Shown: positions 10,141 through 23,904, counted from the stretch's first letter. The stretch is 64,000 bases of DNA from Camelus ferus (GCF_009834535.1 NC_045697.1:91018001-91082000), one strand, 5' to 3'. Numbers and translations: made by a program. The notes: generated by a model not told the origin, from the sequence alone.

Positions 10141-11530
10141 CCTTGGTGGCTGGGATGGGGTCTCCACGGCACCTGCTTTTTCAGGTAGGTTGTGGAGGTA
10201 GGGTCAGAAGAGAAGGGAATCATGAGAAATTATCTATTATTGTGTCATGTGCAAAAATCCTGGTTTAGTTTCTGTTTGGGAGAGTCAGTCACAACAGTAA
10301 TTAGACTTAACTGAAGCCTAATTTTAATAGATGGAAGTGGCTTATGTCACGAAAGACGGAGAATCTGGGCGTGTGGACCCTGGTGGATCATTTGGTCTTA
10401 TGGTTGGTTTGTTTGCAGTAGCATTTCCTCATTTGGCTAATGGGCATATCATTTCCAGATGACCTTGGAGAGCCAGAGCAGTTCAGCTCTCACTCACTGG
10501 AAGAAGCACACTCAAACATTTGGAATAGCCTAAGGATTACAGATGTGCCAAAGGGTGTCTTGGATCTCCTCCAGTGAGGGCCATGGAGGTCACTTGAAAA
10601 GAATGCTTGCATTTGCCTCATGCCTTTTTGAAGGAGAGTCTGTGCTTGTCTAGCTCCATGCAGCTCTCTGAAATGTCAGAAGATAAGAAATGCCTCTCAG
10701 CACTAAGGCTTCCAGACACATATGTGACAAGAAATTTGGCATCAGCGTTACAAGTGTCAGATGTCTAGGATAAAGCAATATGGGTATAGTATTTCTTGTG
10801 CTATTTTGGTACCTTGTGCATGAGCCTGCAGCATTAGAAAAACTGCTTTTCAGCTTTGGGTGATAGCCTTACTGGCTCTTGGTGTGCATGTCTGAAAGTA
10901 CAGTTGGGTCACAAACTAGTGATGGGCCACAGCAAGTCACCTTTAGTCATGGTGCCAGTCTTCGAGGGAGTGCCCTTAGGGACCCGGGCATACTACAGCC
11001 AATGACTTGGGTGGTACAGCCAGAGCCTCTCATCAGATGGTGCCTTGTAAACATTAATCAACTTTCACAGCACCCACATGAAATTGGTAAACACTTATCC
11101 TCACTTTTTAGAGAACTAAATCATAAAGAAGTCTAACCAACAGGGTCACAGACTTAGTTGGTTTCCTCATCTTATTGTTTAATGATACCAGGTAAATAAT
11201 TTCAGAACAGATTTCTACTTTATATAATTTAGGGAATATGTCTCCTGGTGAGAGAGCATTTTTGGCAGTTGTAACTCCCTAAAAGACTTGAAGTTCCCAG
11301 TCTGGCTGTTCATTGGTTGGGAGCAAATGCCTGGGGCACTTGGCTTAACAACTGTCATAAGTGGTGTCAAAAAACGTGTAAGAAATAACAAAATATGTTA
11401 ATGTAGTGAGGTTGTTACAGCATAATACCCAAATAGGAATATTGTATATAAAATCTAACTGGTAATACACCCCTCTCACCCAAGGTATTTGACACTGTCT
11501 GGTTCCTCTTTTAATTTAATGTAATTTAAT

Positions 11531-11550
11531 TTTATTTATTTATTTATTTA

Positions 11551-11634
<84 letters not shown>
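11531..11634. repeat. Compound tetranucleotide microsatellite (TTTA)6(CTTA)12(TTTA)8
   Basis: Units counted directly from the sequence. Confidence 0.97.
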
Positions 11635-11635
<1 letters not shown>

Positions 11636-12097
11636 AAGTCCAGTAATAAGCTGTGGACCCATAGTTTAAGAACTGAAAGTGGCGAATCCCCTGAATGATT
11701 CAAATGCGGTAAAAGAAGACCTATGAGAAAAGATGAAAGCATTGTTCTTAACTTATAGAAAGAAGGTTGATGAAAAATTACGTGGTCTGTAAATATATCA
11801 CAAAGTATTATTTTGTAAAAGTCAATTTAATTATCTATTGATGACAAAACTTAAAAAAGTGGGTCTATTCCAGAGCATGAAAGGTTTAAAGAGTCATAAG
11901 AAAGAGTTTTCTGGTGTGGAGGATGGTTAAGAACCAGAATCTGCTACCCAGAAAAGAATTCCCCTTTTCTGAAGGTCTCATATGGGTAGGCTAAATCAGC
12001 CAGGCATGGCTAGTCAGCAGAGTTAATGGCTTCACGTGATTGTATGGCTTCACGTCCCTGTATCCTAAGTGGGCTGCCTGGTAGTGATGGTAGTCAG

Positions 12098-12262
12098 ATT
12101 TTCTTTTTCTTTCAAATTTTTAGTTTGAAATAATTTTAGACTTATAGAAGAATTGCAGAAGTAGTATGTAGAACTCCCATATATCCTTTACCCAGCTTCT
12201 CATAATGTTAACATTTTACATGACCATGGTAAAATTATCAAAACTAAGAAATTAATATCACT
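12098..12262 (-). mobile_element. Old L1MC-type 3'-end fragment
   Basis: TTTGAAATAATTTTAGACTTATAGAAGAATTGCAGAA...CCTTTACCCAGCTTC...ATCAAAACTAAGAAATTAA. Confidence 0.7.
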
Positions 12263-12719
12263 ACCAAACAGGGATAGGGATTTTGAGGAGAGGCAGAACA
12301 GGTAGAGCTATGGATAGCTACAAATCCTTCAGTGGAACAGATCACTTTTATTTGTTTGATATGTTGGAATTTCACATGAGACTTTGTTTAAGCAAGTGAT
12401 CCAGTTTCAAAAAACCCAAAAAACCCCACAGATCTAGGAAGAGGGGTAGTTAGGCTGACTGCTACTACTAAGATTTTGTGCTTTTGGTAATTATTTCACT
12501 TGTTACATAATTATAGGGTAAATGTGTTTGGTAAATAACTCAATGGTACATAGACTTTTTGTTGTTGTTTTTTTAATCTTTTCAGGCTTGTCTTGCCTCA
12601 GGCAGAATCTTTATACCCGCTTTCTCCCCAGCACCAAAAATGACTCCTGGCCCATAGTCGATGCTTAATTAATGTTTGTTCATTGAATCAAATTGGCATA
12701 TTCACCATTTTTCTCAGTT

Positions 12720-13035
12720 TTTCATATGGCTTGCTCCTTATTCAAATATCTGGTCAGGCCTTCCCTGACCACCCTAACTAAAATAACACTACTTTTCTCT
12801 CTTTCTTACTCTTTATACTCTATGCTATTTTTTCCTTTTATTCAGAGTTTTTTCACTGCCTAAAAGATAATTTGTTTGTTAATATGTTTGTTAAAAGTGT
12901 ATGATCTATTTCCTACCAACAGTAAGCTCTTTGAGCACAATGACCTTGTCTTGTTTTTATTGAATTCCTCTGCCTGGAATGGTATCTGGTAGCTGGGAGT
13001 TTATGTGAAACGCTTGTTAGAAGAGTGAATGAAAG
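12720..13035 (+). mobile_element. L2 3' fragment
   Basis: AGGCCTTCCCTGACCACCCTA...GTAAGCTCTTTGAG...GAGTGAATGAA tail. Confidence 0.65.
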
Positions 13036-13778
13036 CAGACATGGTCAGCTGTACTTTGAAGATACAAATAATCAACTTCAGAAAGCTTCACTGAAGCATC
13101 TGAATTTACAATTTGTGTATATGAAAACAGTTTGGCTATTTTTTCAACCAGATCATTGTATTTATAAATTTCCTTCTGCCTCTCGCTGATGTTGGAAAAT
13201 CATTTCTTATTTTAATCTCAGATAGTGATACTGAATCTGGTAGCCCCATAGGCATATTTTTGAAAGAAAAAGGATAAATTCTGTTAAACCCTTTGAGCTC
13301 TAAAAAGATAACTACATTCAAGAGAGTTATATTGTCATTATTAATTAGTGTTATGCAAAAGAATCACACAGCCCTATCAGTGTCATGGGAATCATACCAC
13401 CCACCAGATTCATAGACACTCAGATCCCATAATGAATGAATTAAATGAGTTCAAAATAATTCAGAATATTATGCATGTGGGCATCCCACCATATGACAAC
13501 TGGGCCATTACTTAGGTCCAGCATCATCTGTACCCAGAAAAATTCAAATGTTCTTTTTATCTGTCTATATGGATGTAAGTGAACCAGATAATTCATGTAT
13601 ATCTGCTATTTAAAAAAAAATACTCTTTTTGCACAAAGGAAAAAAATATCCTTATTGTGACTCAGTTGTGCAAGGTTTTGGAGAGGGCGGTTTAGGGCAG
13701 CTCATTCTGGAGCTCTGTGGTTTCATCATGGCATTTACGGTTTAAGAGCTAGATAGAGGCTTCCCATTCTATTCTGAG

Positions 13779-14267
13779 TGTGGTAGGCAGAAAAATGGCC
13801 TCCAAAAGTGTCATGTCCTAATCCTTGGAACCTGTGAATATGTTAGGTTACATGACAAAAAGGAATTAAGTTTCACATAAAGGTAATATTGCTGATCAGC
13901 TGACCTTGAAATGGGAAAATTATCCTAAATTATCTGGGTGGGCCCGCAGTAATCAGAGGGTTTTTAAAAGTGAAAGAAGGAGGCAGAAGAAAGTGTCAGA
14001 GTGTTGTTATGTGAGAAAGAATAGCTGTTGCTGGCTTTGAAGTTGAAAGGGGGTCATGAGCCAAACTCTAAGGCAGCCCCTAGAAGCTAGAAAAGGCAAG
14101 AAAATGGATTCTCCCCTAGAGCCTCCAGAAAGGAATGCAGCCTTGGTTTTAGCCCAGCGAGACCCATTTCTGACTTCCAGCCTCTAGAACTGAGGTAATA
14201 GATTTGTGTTGCTTTAAGCCACCAAGTTTGTTGTAATTTGTTACAGTAGCAGTAGGAAGCTAGTGAA
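13779..14267 (+). mobile_element. MLT1D-type MaLR solo LTR
   Basis: TGTGGTAGGCAGAAAAATGGCC start, GGATTCTCCCCTAGAGCCTCCAGAAAGGAATGCAGCC internal motif, TTTGTTACAGTAGCAGTAGGAAGCTA end. Confidence 0.88.
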
Positions 14268-15899
14268 AAAGTCTCATTCATACCCCTGTAAGACCCTCCA
14301 TAATGTGAAACCACTAGGCCTACCCAAATTTATCTGCCTTTCCTCTCACATTTGTGCTCTTCTGCTCCATTGAAATCTGTTTCCTCCCTCCACGTACACT
14401 GTGCTCATTCTCACCCCCTAGTTGTTCACCCAATGAACTGTTCACTCATTTTATGATTGAGGAAGAATGTCATCCTCTTGCTGGAATGGATCTGTGTGAA
14501 CATGACTTGTTCTTCCCATGAACTACAAGATCAACCTTGTTGGCCCAGAATCTTCAGATGCCCAGATGTCAAAAGATTTTAACCAAGATGAATTGAATTT
14601 CTGCCATGTGGCAGCACTGATGTCATGAAGATGAGAAGATTAAAGGGCTTATTTTTATGGGCACATATGTTGACTAGTTGAAGAGAGATATACTGAAGCA
14701 GTTAGAAAGCAACATGCCATATCCTATAACTGAAGTATGTTCAGAGTTCTGGAGGAATGGAGGGAAAGGAACGACTTGACTGTTTAATAGGGTGGGCATG
14801 AGGATCACAGATTGAATTTTGGTTAAACTACTCAGATAAGGGGATGTGTGAGATCACTCATGAATGATGAATGATGAGGCAGCAAAAATATTCAAGGCCT
14901 CTGCTTCAGTTATGGCATAGGCATGTTCCATAAGTCTCAGAAAAGTTTTAAGATTTTTTTTGCTTTGCCTTTGGAAATAATAGTTGGCAAGATCTAACTG
15001 AGGTACAGAATAAAGATGGTAACAGGACCCACAGAGACTGATCTGGAGCCCTGGCGTTGCTTTCAGAGGGCACCAGTATAGCCTGGCCAGTGCAGAAGTC
15101 CCTGAGTCATTGTGGATGCAGGCACATCAAGATTAACATGAGCAAATGAAGTGATTCCAATGACATTAACATACTGATTGCAGTTAAGTGCACTGCTTGT
15201 TCAACAATTCTTCAGTAGACTGAAAAATATTTAATTAAAGTAATGGGAAACTGAGAACATTTCTTATTCATGATATTACAAAAATACATTTCTCAAGCCT
15301 TCAACTAATATCTCTATGTTTATGATTCTCAAATTTATCTAACTCTAGTCATTAATTCTCACTTTTAGTCTAGTCCCTGATTGAAAACCTCCTACAAGAC
15401 ATTTCTAATTAGAAGTTCTGTCAATACATCAGTGTTTACATTCCTAAAATCAAATTAATATATCCAAGAACCCCAGTAACCTTTCCTCAAATCTTAGTTT
15501 CTATTATGGATATCACTCATGTTATAGTTCCCAATATTTTCCAATTCGAGAATAAATTACAGCAGAAAAAATTCTGGAATAGTTGTTAGCATTGAGGGGT
15601 TTAGTTTAGATTCTGCTGCTCACACATACATACTTTTGGGTAATTCCCATAACCTTCAGGATCTGCCTCCTCATGTGCAAAATGAAACGCCTGGGCTGGA
15701 GGCTGGATGAATCACTCATTTACTTAACACACACATTTTTAGCATTTACAATGTGATGGTCAGTCATTAACAGAGCCCAGTGTGGGGCTATGACATTGGC
15801 TGAGCCAGGCACAGATCCTGACGTCACAGACCTGTTCTCTAAACGTCTCCTGGACCTCTCTCTCACTAAGCCCATTGGTTCTGTCCTCACAGTTTCTCT

Positions 15900-16500
15900 G
15901 CTTGGGCTCTTGCTTCTGTCTCCTGCTGCTATCACTTTAGTCAAGGAGGGCTCTTGCCGCCTCGTGCTGGGGTGCCTGTCCTAGTCTCCTCCCTGTCTCT
16001 CCATTCTCCCCACACTAAGCCACGCTACACAGTGCCGTCTTAACAGATAACTCTCCTCCTCTAAAATCTAATGCTTCCTATTGCCTCTCATAAATGATGT
16101 ATCATTTTTTAGACTATTGTGAAGAGTCTCCCATAATTTATCCTTACTTCACAACTAATTTTATCTTTATTGTCACCATGAAGTCTTTAGTCAGGCCAGT
16201 CTCCTCATTCTTCCCCAAACAAGGCTCACGTCTACATCTTTGCACTTTCTGAGTCTCCCTCCTGAGACACTTCCTCCCACCTCTCTCCTGACTAACCCTT
16301 CTCCCTCAAGGCTCAGTGAAAGCCCCAAATTCTTTAGGAAGGCTTCCCCAGAACGCACAGGCCACTGTCTCCACTCTCTCATTTATCTTTCGAGACCCTG
16401 GGTGTGTATTTTGGACATTTGACTACAGAATACTGTAGCATCCTCATTTGTTAAATGTGTAGCTTGAATACTTTTGGGAGCTCTTTAAGCACAGGTACAG
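15900..16500 (+). mobile_element. Diverged L2 fragment
   Basis: Pyrimidine-rich L2 body motifs such as CCTTCTCCCTCAAGGCTCAG..CTTTAGGAAGGCTTCCCCAG. Confidence 0.5.
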
Positions 16501-16544
16501 TCAGGCATTTTTTCATGGCCCAATCCAGGTTCAGGAACATGGGA

Positions 16545-16912
16545 GTCAAGGTTAAGACTGTGCACTTGTAAGTCTGGCTGCCTGAGTTCTTAACATGGCT
16601 TCGTGTTTTCCTAGCTGTGTGACCATGGGCAATTTACTTACCTTCTCTGAGATTTCCATTTTCTTATTTGCAAAATTGAGACAGCTGTATTACCTGCCCC
16701 AGTTACTCACCAGTTAATGTATTACTAGTTTCTTACTAGTTAATATGAGCAAGAGTTTAGAACAGATCTTGGAATGTAGTGAGTGCTCAAGAAGTATTAG
16801 CTATTATTATTTCATTTGATTATTGTTAGAATTAAATGGGATAATTCATGCAAAACCCTCAGCATAATGCCAGGCTTGTAAGTGTTCAGTAAATATTAAC
16901 TCTTGTTATTAT
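16545..16912 (+). mobile_element. MIR SINE plus a second MIR 3' half in tandem
   Basis: CTAGCTGTGTGACCATGGGCAATTTACTTACCTTCTCTGAG...TGCAAAATTGAG, then AGAATTAAATGGGATAATTCATGCAAAAC...CAGTAAATATTAACT. Confidence 0.75.
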
Positions 16913-16984
16913 TACTCTATTTAGTGGGTGAGAAGGTTTTGGGGAGAAGAAAGTGGCAATATTCATAATTATTGTCAAATATAT

Positions 16985-17160
16985 AAAATTTATGAGGTAG
17001 CATTATAATGACCTCTATTTTTTTGAAGGTGAAGAAACTGAGGTTTAGACAGGTTAAGTAATTTGATGCGATCACACACCTAGAAAGTGATGGAATAGAT
17101 TAGACACCCAAGAAGCTCAACTGCAGAATCTGTACCTTTTAAACCATTATTCTTATGCCT
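16985..17160 (-). mobile_element. MIR SINE
   Basis: GAAGAAACTGAGGTTTAGACAGGTTAAGTAATTTG..ATCACACACCTAG. Confidence 0.75.
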
Positions 17161-17199
17161 CTGGTCCTGGACTAAGCAGTGGGAGAAATTTTGATGGTA

Positions 17200-17420
17200 G
17201 TGAAAATGAACATGGAATTTGGGTTTTCACAGTCCTGTTTCCCATCCTGGCTTTACCACTTAGCTGGGCAAGCTATTTAATCCTTCAGAGGTTATGTTTC
17301 CTTATCTGTAAGTTGGGGACAGTAATACCTCCTTCGTATGATTGTGGTGGGAATTAAAGAGGTAACATAAGTAAAGCTTCCAGCACAGGGCCTGGCCTCT
17401 GGTAGGTATTCGGTACGTTT
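17200..17420 (+). mobile_element. MIR SINE
   Basis: GTTTCCTTATCTGTAAGTTGGGGACAGTAATACCT...CAGCACAGGGCCTGGC. Confidence 0.7.
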
Positions 17421-18539
17421 TGGGCTCCTTCTTTCTCTCCCTTTTGAAAACTTGAGCTAAAGGTTATTCTTTTTAGCACCTTTAATTAGTCTGTGAAATG
17501 AATTAAAATGCAACATAGCAACCAGATAAGCAGCCTGTAAGACTCGGCATTCCGTTGCCCTGACTTTGTGTTATAAATAACCAAACATGGCTGGTATTCA
17601 CGACATGTGAACACCTGGCACAACTTATTCATGACCGCTGTCAGTGCAGTGTTCCTAATTAGATAGAGTTCTTTCTACAAGTTGTGGCACGTTCCGGTAG
17701 GGAAAATCTTTTGCCAAGCAGGTGGGGGTGAGTAAAGAATTTGAAACTGCAAATATAGTCTGAGTTGGGAATGCTTGGGTGTGCATGTGAGGAGCAGAGA
17801 ATGCTGGGACTTTGAGCAAGCATTTCAGTGAGCCTTTTGAAGGTCACATCCCTCTTTGATGAGTATGCCACTGGAATTTTCCAAGGATTGTTTTACTTTA
17901 GTCTTTGGACTGAGTTGGTGGTGACACAATCTGTGGTTGAAAATAGCAAGAATAATTTGATTAGAGACAACATTAGTGCCCCCAAGATGTTAATTAAAGC
18001 CAGCTACTAGGAATTCATAGGTAGAGATTCCCTTCCCAAACTTGATTCCTAAGTAGGCACAAGTTATATGGTATGTTTCAACAGCCAGTAGAGAAAACAT
18101 CAGCCTCTTGCATATGTTGTAACCTTCAAGCAGGCAGTACAGAGGCTACACTTTCCTTTTCTTCCTTTTGAAAATTTAATCAAGACGTGTTATCTTACAC
18201 AGAGTGGATGATCCCCTGTGACTTCACTGCTCCCTCTGAGGGACAACTGCCGGCCAGTACAGTTAGCACCTTGGGTTTCAGTGTGCTTTCCTGTTCTGTT
18301 TCACATCTGAGCTCTCATTTCAAAGATCTTTCATAATTGAAGTCTATCCCATTTCATGGGATTAATTTTGGAATAAAATTATTTCCTAAATATATCCTGC
18401 ATAATAATTTGCATCAACATATTTGAAATATTTCACATCTGTGATAGAATGAAAGCAGTTGATCATTAAGCTTAAAACCCTCAAAATAGCTACATAAGAA
18501 CAATGTGGGTGATTTTACCAGAGAGATTAGATTAAACAA

Positions 18540-18735
18540 ATAGTGCTCTGAATGTAGATTGTCTGAGGTCAAATTCTGGCTCTGCCATTTCTGGTTGTGT
18601 CATCTTGGTCAGGCTACTTAACCTGTTTGAGCCTCATAGGGCTATCATGAGGATAAAGTGAGACAGTATATGTAAAGCCATAACAGTGCCTTGCTTGGAG
18701 CACCTCTCAATAAATGACAGCTATTTTTACTATTG
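18540..18735 (+). mobile_element. MIR SINE
   Basis: TCAAATTCTGGCTCTGCCATTT...ACTTAACCTGTTTGAGCCTCATAGGG...CTCAATAAATG. Confidence 0.7.
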
Positions 18736-19099
18736 TTAATATTAATATTACAACGTCTGCAAGGTTGAACTCTCCAAGAGGGAAATGAGATAGTACTTAA
18801 AAAGCCCCTATACTTGAAACTGACTAAACATATCCTTTTGAAGACATATGCTTATCTGTAAAGAAAATGGTTAGATGGAGAAGCCTGAGATTCTTTTTCT
18901 GCCCTTTAAATGGCTGGGAGAACCACCCACAAGAGGGGAAAAGAAATAGGGGAAGTTGGTTGTTGGTCTTGTCATCTCTAGTCTCTCAATTTGTCATCCA
19001 GTAAAAAGGTGACATCACAAAAGAGAGAAATTCAAATTAGATTTGCTCAAACACCTAACTGCTTCACAAAGTCTGTGAGGATTCTATCTACCTGTCCAT

Positions 19100-19350
19100 C
19101 TATCTAGCCATACAAATATTTATCACCTATTATATTTCAGGAACTGAGCATTTTGCTGAGGATACAAAGATCAACAAAACCAAGTTCCATCCCTTAAGAC
19201 ATTTACAGGCTGGTAGGAGAGACAGGAAAACAAATGGTTTTAAGGCATTTACAGACTAAGAGGGGAGATGGATATGAAAACAAATGATTATAAAAAATAA
19301 TAGAGGAACATACAAAATATCAAGGGAACTCAGAGGAAGATACTGTCTTT
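19100..19350 (-). mobile_element. L2 3' fragment
   Basis: ACAAATATTTATCACCTATTAT..CAGG...GAGGATACAAAGATCAACAAAAC. Confidence 0.55.
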
Positions 19351-20484
19351 ATTTGGCTCTTACTGAATTCTAGGCAGTTTGAAAATATCAGCACATCATC
19401 AGAGTAATAACAATGTTTGGGGAAAAAAAAGGAGATACTTTTACATGAAATGTATGTATCTGTTGTATGATGCATTTTGACTTCAGAAATGAGAATGGGT
19501 AAAAAATTTGTAACTTGCCCTTAAGAGAATATCGAAATTGGAAACTAAGATTCTTAAGGAGTCTCTCAGAGCACCCCTCCAATGTGCCTTTCTATGGAGA
19601 GATGTGTAAGGATTTAGGAAAGGTCCTGCTAGGATTTAGCCTCCTGAAGTATAGAAGATGGCACCTCCTAATGGGTGAGGACTCAAAAGGTGGCACAGAG
19701 GAGGGTGTAATTAAACACAGAGTAGGTAGAGTTGAGTGATGGGCCCGAATTCTCCACATTCCCAGCCCTAGTGAGTATTCCACATCAGAGGCTGGGACCT
19801 CGTCCCAGGCCCTTCCCTCTCTCTTCCTAACAAGGAGGCCTCTGACCCCAGTTCAGGAAGTCAGTGTCTCAGAAATGATTAACTGATTTAGAGCCTTTCC
19901 CTGCAAAGAGGCTTGGAAGAGCCATGGGTCCAAAGTCTTTGAGATAAAGTAACTGCTGGGCTTTTGCTGGGAGGTCATCAGTGCCTGAGGGTCATGTCTG
20001 ATTACTTTTATAAAAACACATCCTTGCTGACTTCAGAATAAATAAAACTTCAAAGGTGATAATCCAGCAGTTGTGTAGTTGGCTGTGTCCTTATGAACTA
20101 TGGACAGAGGCTGAAACAGGCAGGAGTCAGGCAACTTTCTAGACTGCAGATTAAATCTATGATTGTGTTGCTGATTTCAGTGTGATTATGGCACCAATAA
20201 AAAGCTCTTAAATCTTCTGAAGCATGAGAGGCACATGGATGAAACAAGAGCTTTGGACAGCTACTGATTATTCTTTTATGTAGACAGATGAACTTTGGGT
20301 AAATAACTTCTATGAGCCTATGAAAATAGTGAGAACATTTACTGTAGTGGTTGTTGTGAATATTAAGCTATGTGATATGGCCTAGAATAATGCCTGGCAA
20401 AAAAAAAGGATTTACTTTTAGAGTTTCCTTGTTGGATATGGCAGCTAGTCATTAAATTCTCCAGTTATTCATTCTCAGGATAGA

Positions 20485-20735
20485 ACAACAGCAGACATTT
20501 ACTGAGTGTTTACTATGTGCCAGATACTATACTGGCTGCTTTACAGTGTTATCTCATTCACTCTTCATAATAAGCCTTTGAGTTAACAGTATTATCCATA
20601 TTTTATAGATAAGGAAACTGAGGCTCAGACAGATTGAGTAGTTTACCTGAGTTCACAGAATGAAATATTACAGCTAGGATTCCCTCCTAGGTAGTCTGAC
20701 GCTGAAGCACATGTGTCTAGTCACACTATTATGAA
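20485..20735 (-). mobile_element. Near full-length MIR
   Basis: ACATTTACTGAGTGTTTACTATGTGCCAGA...TTTTATAGATAAGGAAACTGAGGCTCAGACAG. Confidence 0.85.
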
Positions 20736-21979
20736 ATGTAAGGACTTGATAAGTGAGGACACCTAGAACTGCAGCATTCTCTCCTGCACTGTGAGGATCA
20801 CTGTGAGCTGTGGTCAAGAGAGACCTGAAGGGAACATGGTACTGTTCTGGTGTCTGGTGGGCTTATAGATTTGTGAACATTAAGCACAGAATCCTAGGCA
20901 GAGATTTCCATAGACTGGCAAGGGGCTGTATTCTGTGGCTTAATGTCTAATGTGAAGGGTGGGCAGACTAAAGGTCATAGGAGGACTGTCCACGATCACA
21001 CAAGTGGCAACTACCATGTAACTAGAAAGGCTGGGGAATGGTGGTGGTTGAGGTCCTTCACTATTCAAACCCATGAGGAGGAGGGGAGGTTCTCTCGTCA
21101 ATGATATCTCATGTGTTCCCACAGGCTGATGAAGTTGAGATTGTATGGTTTTTATTACTCTAAATTTTTAACAATATGAAGGTTCTCTCCTTCTGGCTGG
21201 TTTAATCTCTCTGTGTAGTCTGAAGTTGCCAAGTGGCCTCAAAGTGGTTGCTTTTATTTAAATAACTTTCTTAAAATTTCTTATGACTTTACAGTCTTAG
21301 TCTTCAGTTTGAGAAGCAACAAATAGTTGTTTCAGATCCAATAAAGCAGTTTGTTTCTTTTCCTGAACTAGAGATTATCATAGCTGTGTTCAGGGAGACC
21401 AAGGATGTACCTGATCAGACAGATATCAAACATCAACTTAGGCTTAATACTCTGCCAAATATTGGGTAGGATATGAAGGAATTGGAAGCCACAATCCTGT
21501 CCTCAAGGATATTTTAATTTTGATTAAAGAGAAAACCAAAACAACACTAGCAAAAATTAATTACTATTTTAAGGATTAAGATCGCATCTGGCAAATGCAG
21601 TTGATTGAAACATTTTCTGAGGAAACTTATGAAATCTTCCTGGCAAAATTATTTCACGTTTACAGGTCTAAACACTTGACATTTGGATGTAAGCCTAACT
21701 GAATGTTTATGAATGGAAAATAATGATTAATAACTGATTCTCCAAAGGGGGCTGAGATGTTTAGGAGGGATGAAACAAGGCTCTTTTAAAATTTAACGTA
21801 TTTACTAATAGACTGGATGAAGGAATAAATAATATGTAATACGAGTAGTAATTGAAACCCATTCATGATAATGAAGAGCAAATGGTGCTGGGTTACCTCT
21901 GTGTCACCTCAGGGAAGTCATTTGATATCTTTGGACTCAGGTACGAAATTTAAAAATGTTATTGAAAAATTATATTCAG

Positions 21980-22180
21980 GTATTTGCTAAGAGATTTACA
22001 TATGTCATGTCATTTGATTCTTACTATAATCCCATGAGGTAGATACTATTATAATCTGCATTTTGAAATGAAAGCTCAGAGAGATCAGTAAACTTGCCCA
22101 AGTTTGCACAGCTACTAACTGACAAACCCAGAGTTCAAACCCTTGAGTCTCTGACTCCCAAGCTGATATTTTGGACCATT
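21980..22180 (-). mobile_element. MIR SINE
   Basis: CCCATGAGGTAGATACTATTAT...GCTCAGAGAGATCAGTAAACTTGCCCAAG...TCTGACTCCCAAGC. Confidence 0.8.
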
Positions 22181-23904
22181 CCTCCCATCTATTTTGTGAG
22201 GATGGTGGTTGGGAGTAATGTAGGATTACTGCAGGTAGCAAACTGCAGTGTCAGTGTTTCAAAAGTGTGAATATTGAGGATTTGATGTGACTTATCTGGA
22301 GGTGACCGAAGCTGTTTCTTTGGTCAGTGTTAGCTCCTTTGCAAACATCCCACAGGTGCAGCTGTTAAAGCTGATGCCTTGAACACAGCTGGATGTGGTG
22401 GACAGAGGAGACTCTCAGCTTCAGAAGTCGGATCCAGTGAGGGACTATGGCAGTGCAGTGATGGACTATTTAGCCAACCATCTCTTCCCCTGTGTGCTGT
22501 GGTCTCTTCAACTCGGATGAACTCTGGCCAGAAGTAGTTCTCAACCTCTGGTATTTCTTTAAATCAGTAAAGTATTTCACAAGCTTCACAGTTAGAGGCA
22601 TCATCAACATGTCTCAAAATCACTTCCCTTCTTCAGAGGCTACTGACTGGTTTGTTTACTTTCGGATTCTGTGGATTAAATACTGTAACAAGTAATTCTT
22701 TGAAAAAATTTTTTTTCATTCTGGGCTTTTCTCTCTCTTTGTCCTTCTAATTCTTTAATTGCACCTTCTAATGTACTCCTTTCCTCCTCCTTGTTCTGGC
22801 CTTCTTTCCTGGTGACCTCTGAGAAATGGTGTTGAGTGATTTTGTTGGCACCGTCTCATAACCCAGAGCCCGTACTGAGCTGATTTCCTCACAGCTTCTT
22901 GAGCGGAGACGTGCTGGAAATGCTAAATATACCGTGCTGGTGTTTGACTGGGCTTCCAGTCTACATACTTGAAACCAGCAGTCCCTGGGCTCTTGTGGTT
23001 CACGCTGGTATTCAGGACTGAATACAAATCAGACCTCCGTGTTCTTTAGTGTAGGCATTCATGAAAGTTGAATATAAGTGAGCGACTCTTATTTTTATAA
23101 TTTCATTTAAATAATATAATTTATTATCATAAATTTACATGTTACTCTACTGCAAATTAAGCCGTACCAGGCTTAGCTCCAAGCACAAAGTGTATCCCCT
23201 GTGAATATTATCCTTTTCATAGAGACTCTTAGGAGGGACATAGATTGTATTTTACATTTTAAGAAGTAATTTATTTTCAGAGAATTCAAGGGCTCAACCA
23301 CTGTGATTTTTTGTCCAGTCTTCCCAAGATCCCACAAAGCAGGCAGTGTGGGGCTGGATGGGATAGTGCCCTTCATTTATTTATTCACTGAAAATGTATT
23401 GAATGCCTCCCTGTTCCAGGCCCTGCTGTGTGTCAGAGCTGTGGGGAGAGTGGAAATGGAGTGGGATCGATGCCTTGACTGTAGAATGTGTCACTTGACT
23501 CCACACCAGAGAGCCCAGGTGGCCAGAAGTAAAACTGCTTAGTAATGGACACAAGGGAAAATGTCTTCTCATGAAGTGGCTGATTTGACATTTAAAGAGA
23601 GATTTATGACTGAAGCAAAACCAGGCCTGCTGACACTCCTGTCTGCTTTAGGGCTGCCTCCCTAGGGTGGATTGCCCAGGGCAACCTCCTACCTCTTAGA
23701 ACTGGGGGTTCTTGCAGGTGCCACCACCTACAGGGCCACAAGAGGGTGCTTTCTTTCTTTCCTAGTTATGCCTTTTTGAAATACATCTCCTCATACCTGT
23801 TAGACCGAGTTTACTGGGTCCTGGGAAGTTCAGTATATTGAATTGTGGGCTGACAGACTTGATTCTAGTGGGGAGAGAAAGGTGTAGGTTTGGAAGTATT
23901 TCTT

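Noticed and set aside
9074..14267. Two same-orientation MLT1C/D LTRs ~4.7 kb apart as the ends of one provirus
   Set aside because: The interval holds MER5, L1MC, L2 and unique DNA rather than MaLR internal sequence. The first LTR appears to have its own AAAAG flanks, and the two copies differ substantially. They are independent solo LTRs.
16545..17420. Inverted MIR pairs as a dsRNA hairpin or miRNA source
   Set aside because: The copies are too diverged from each other to pair stably, and I see no clean hairpin.
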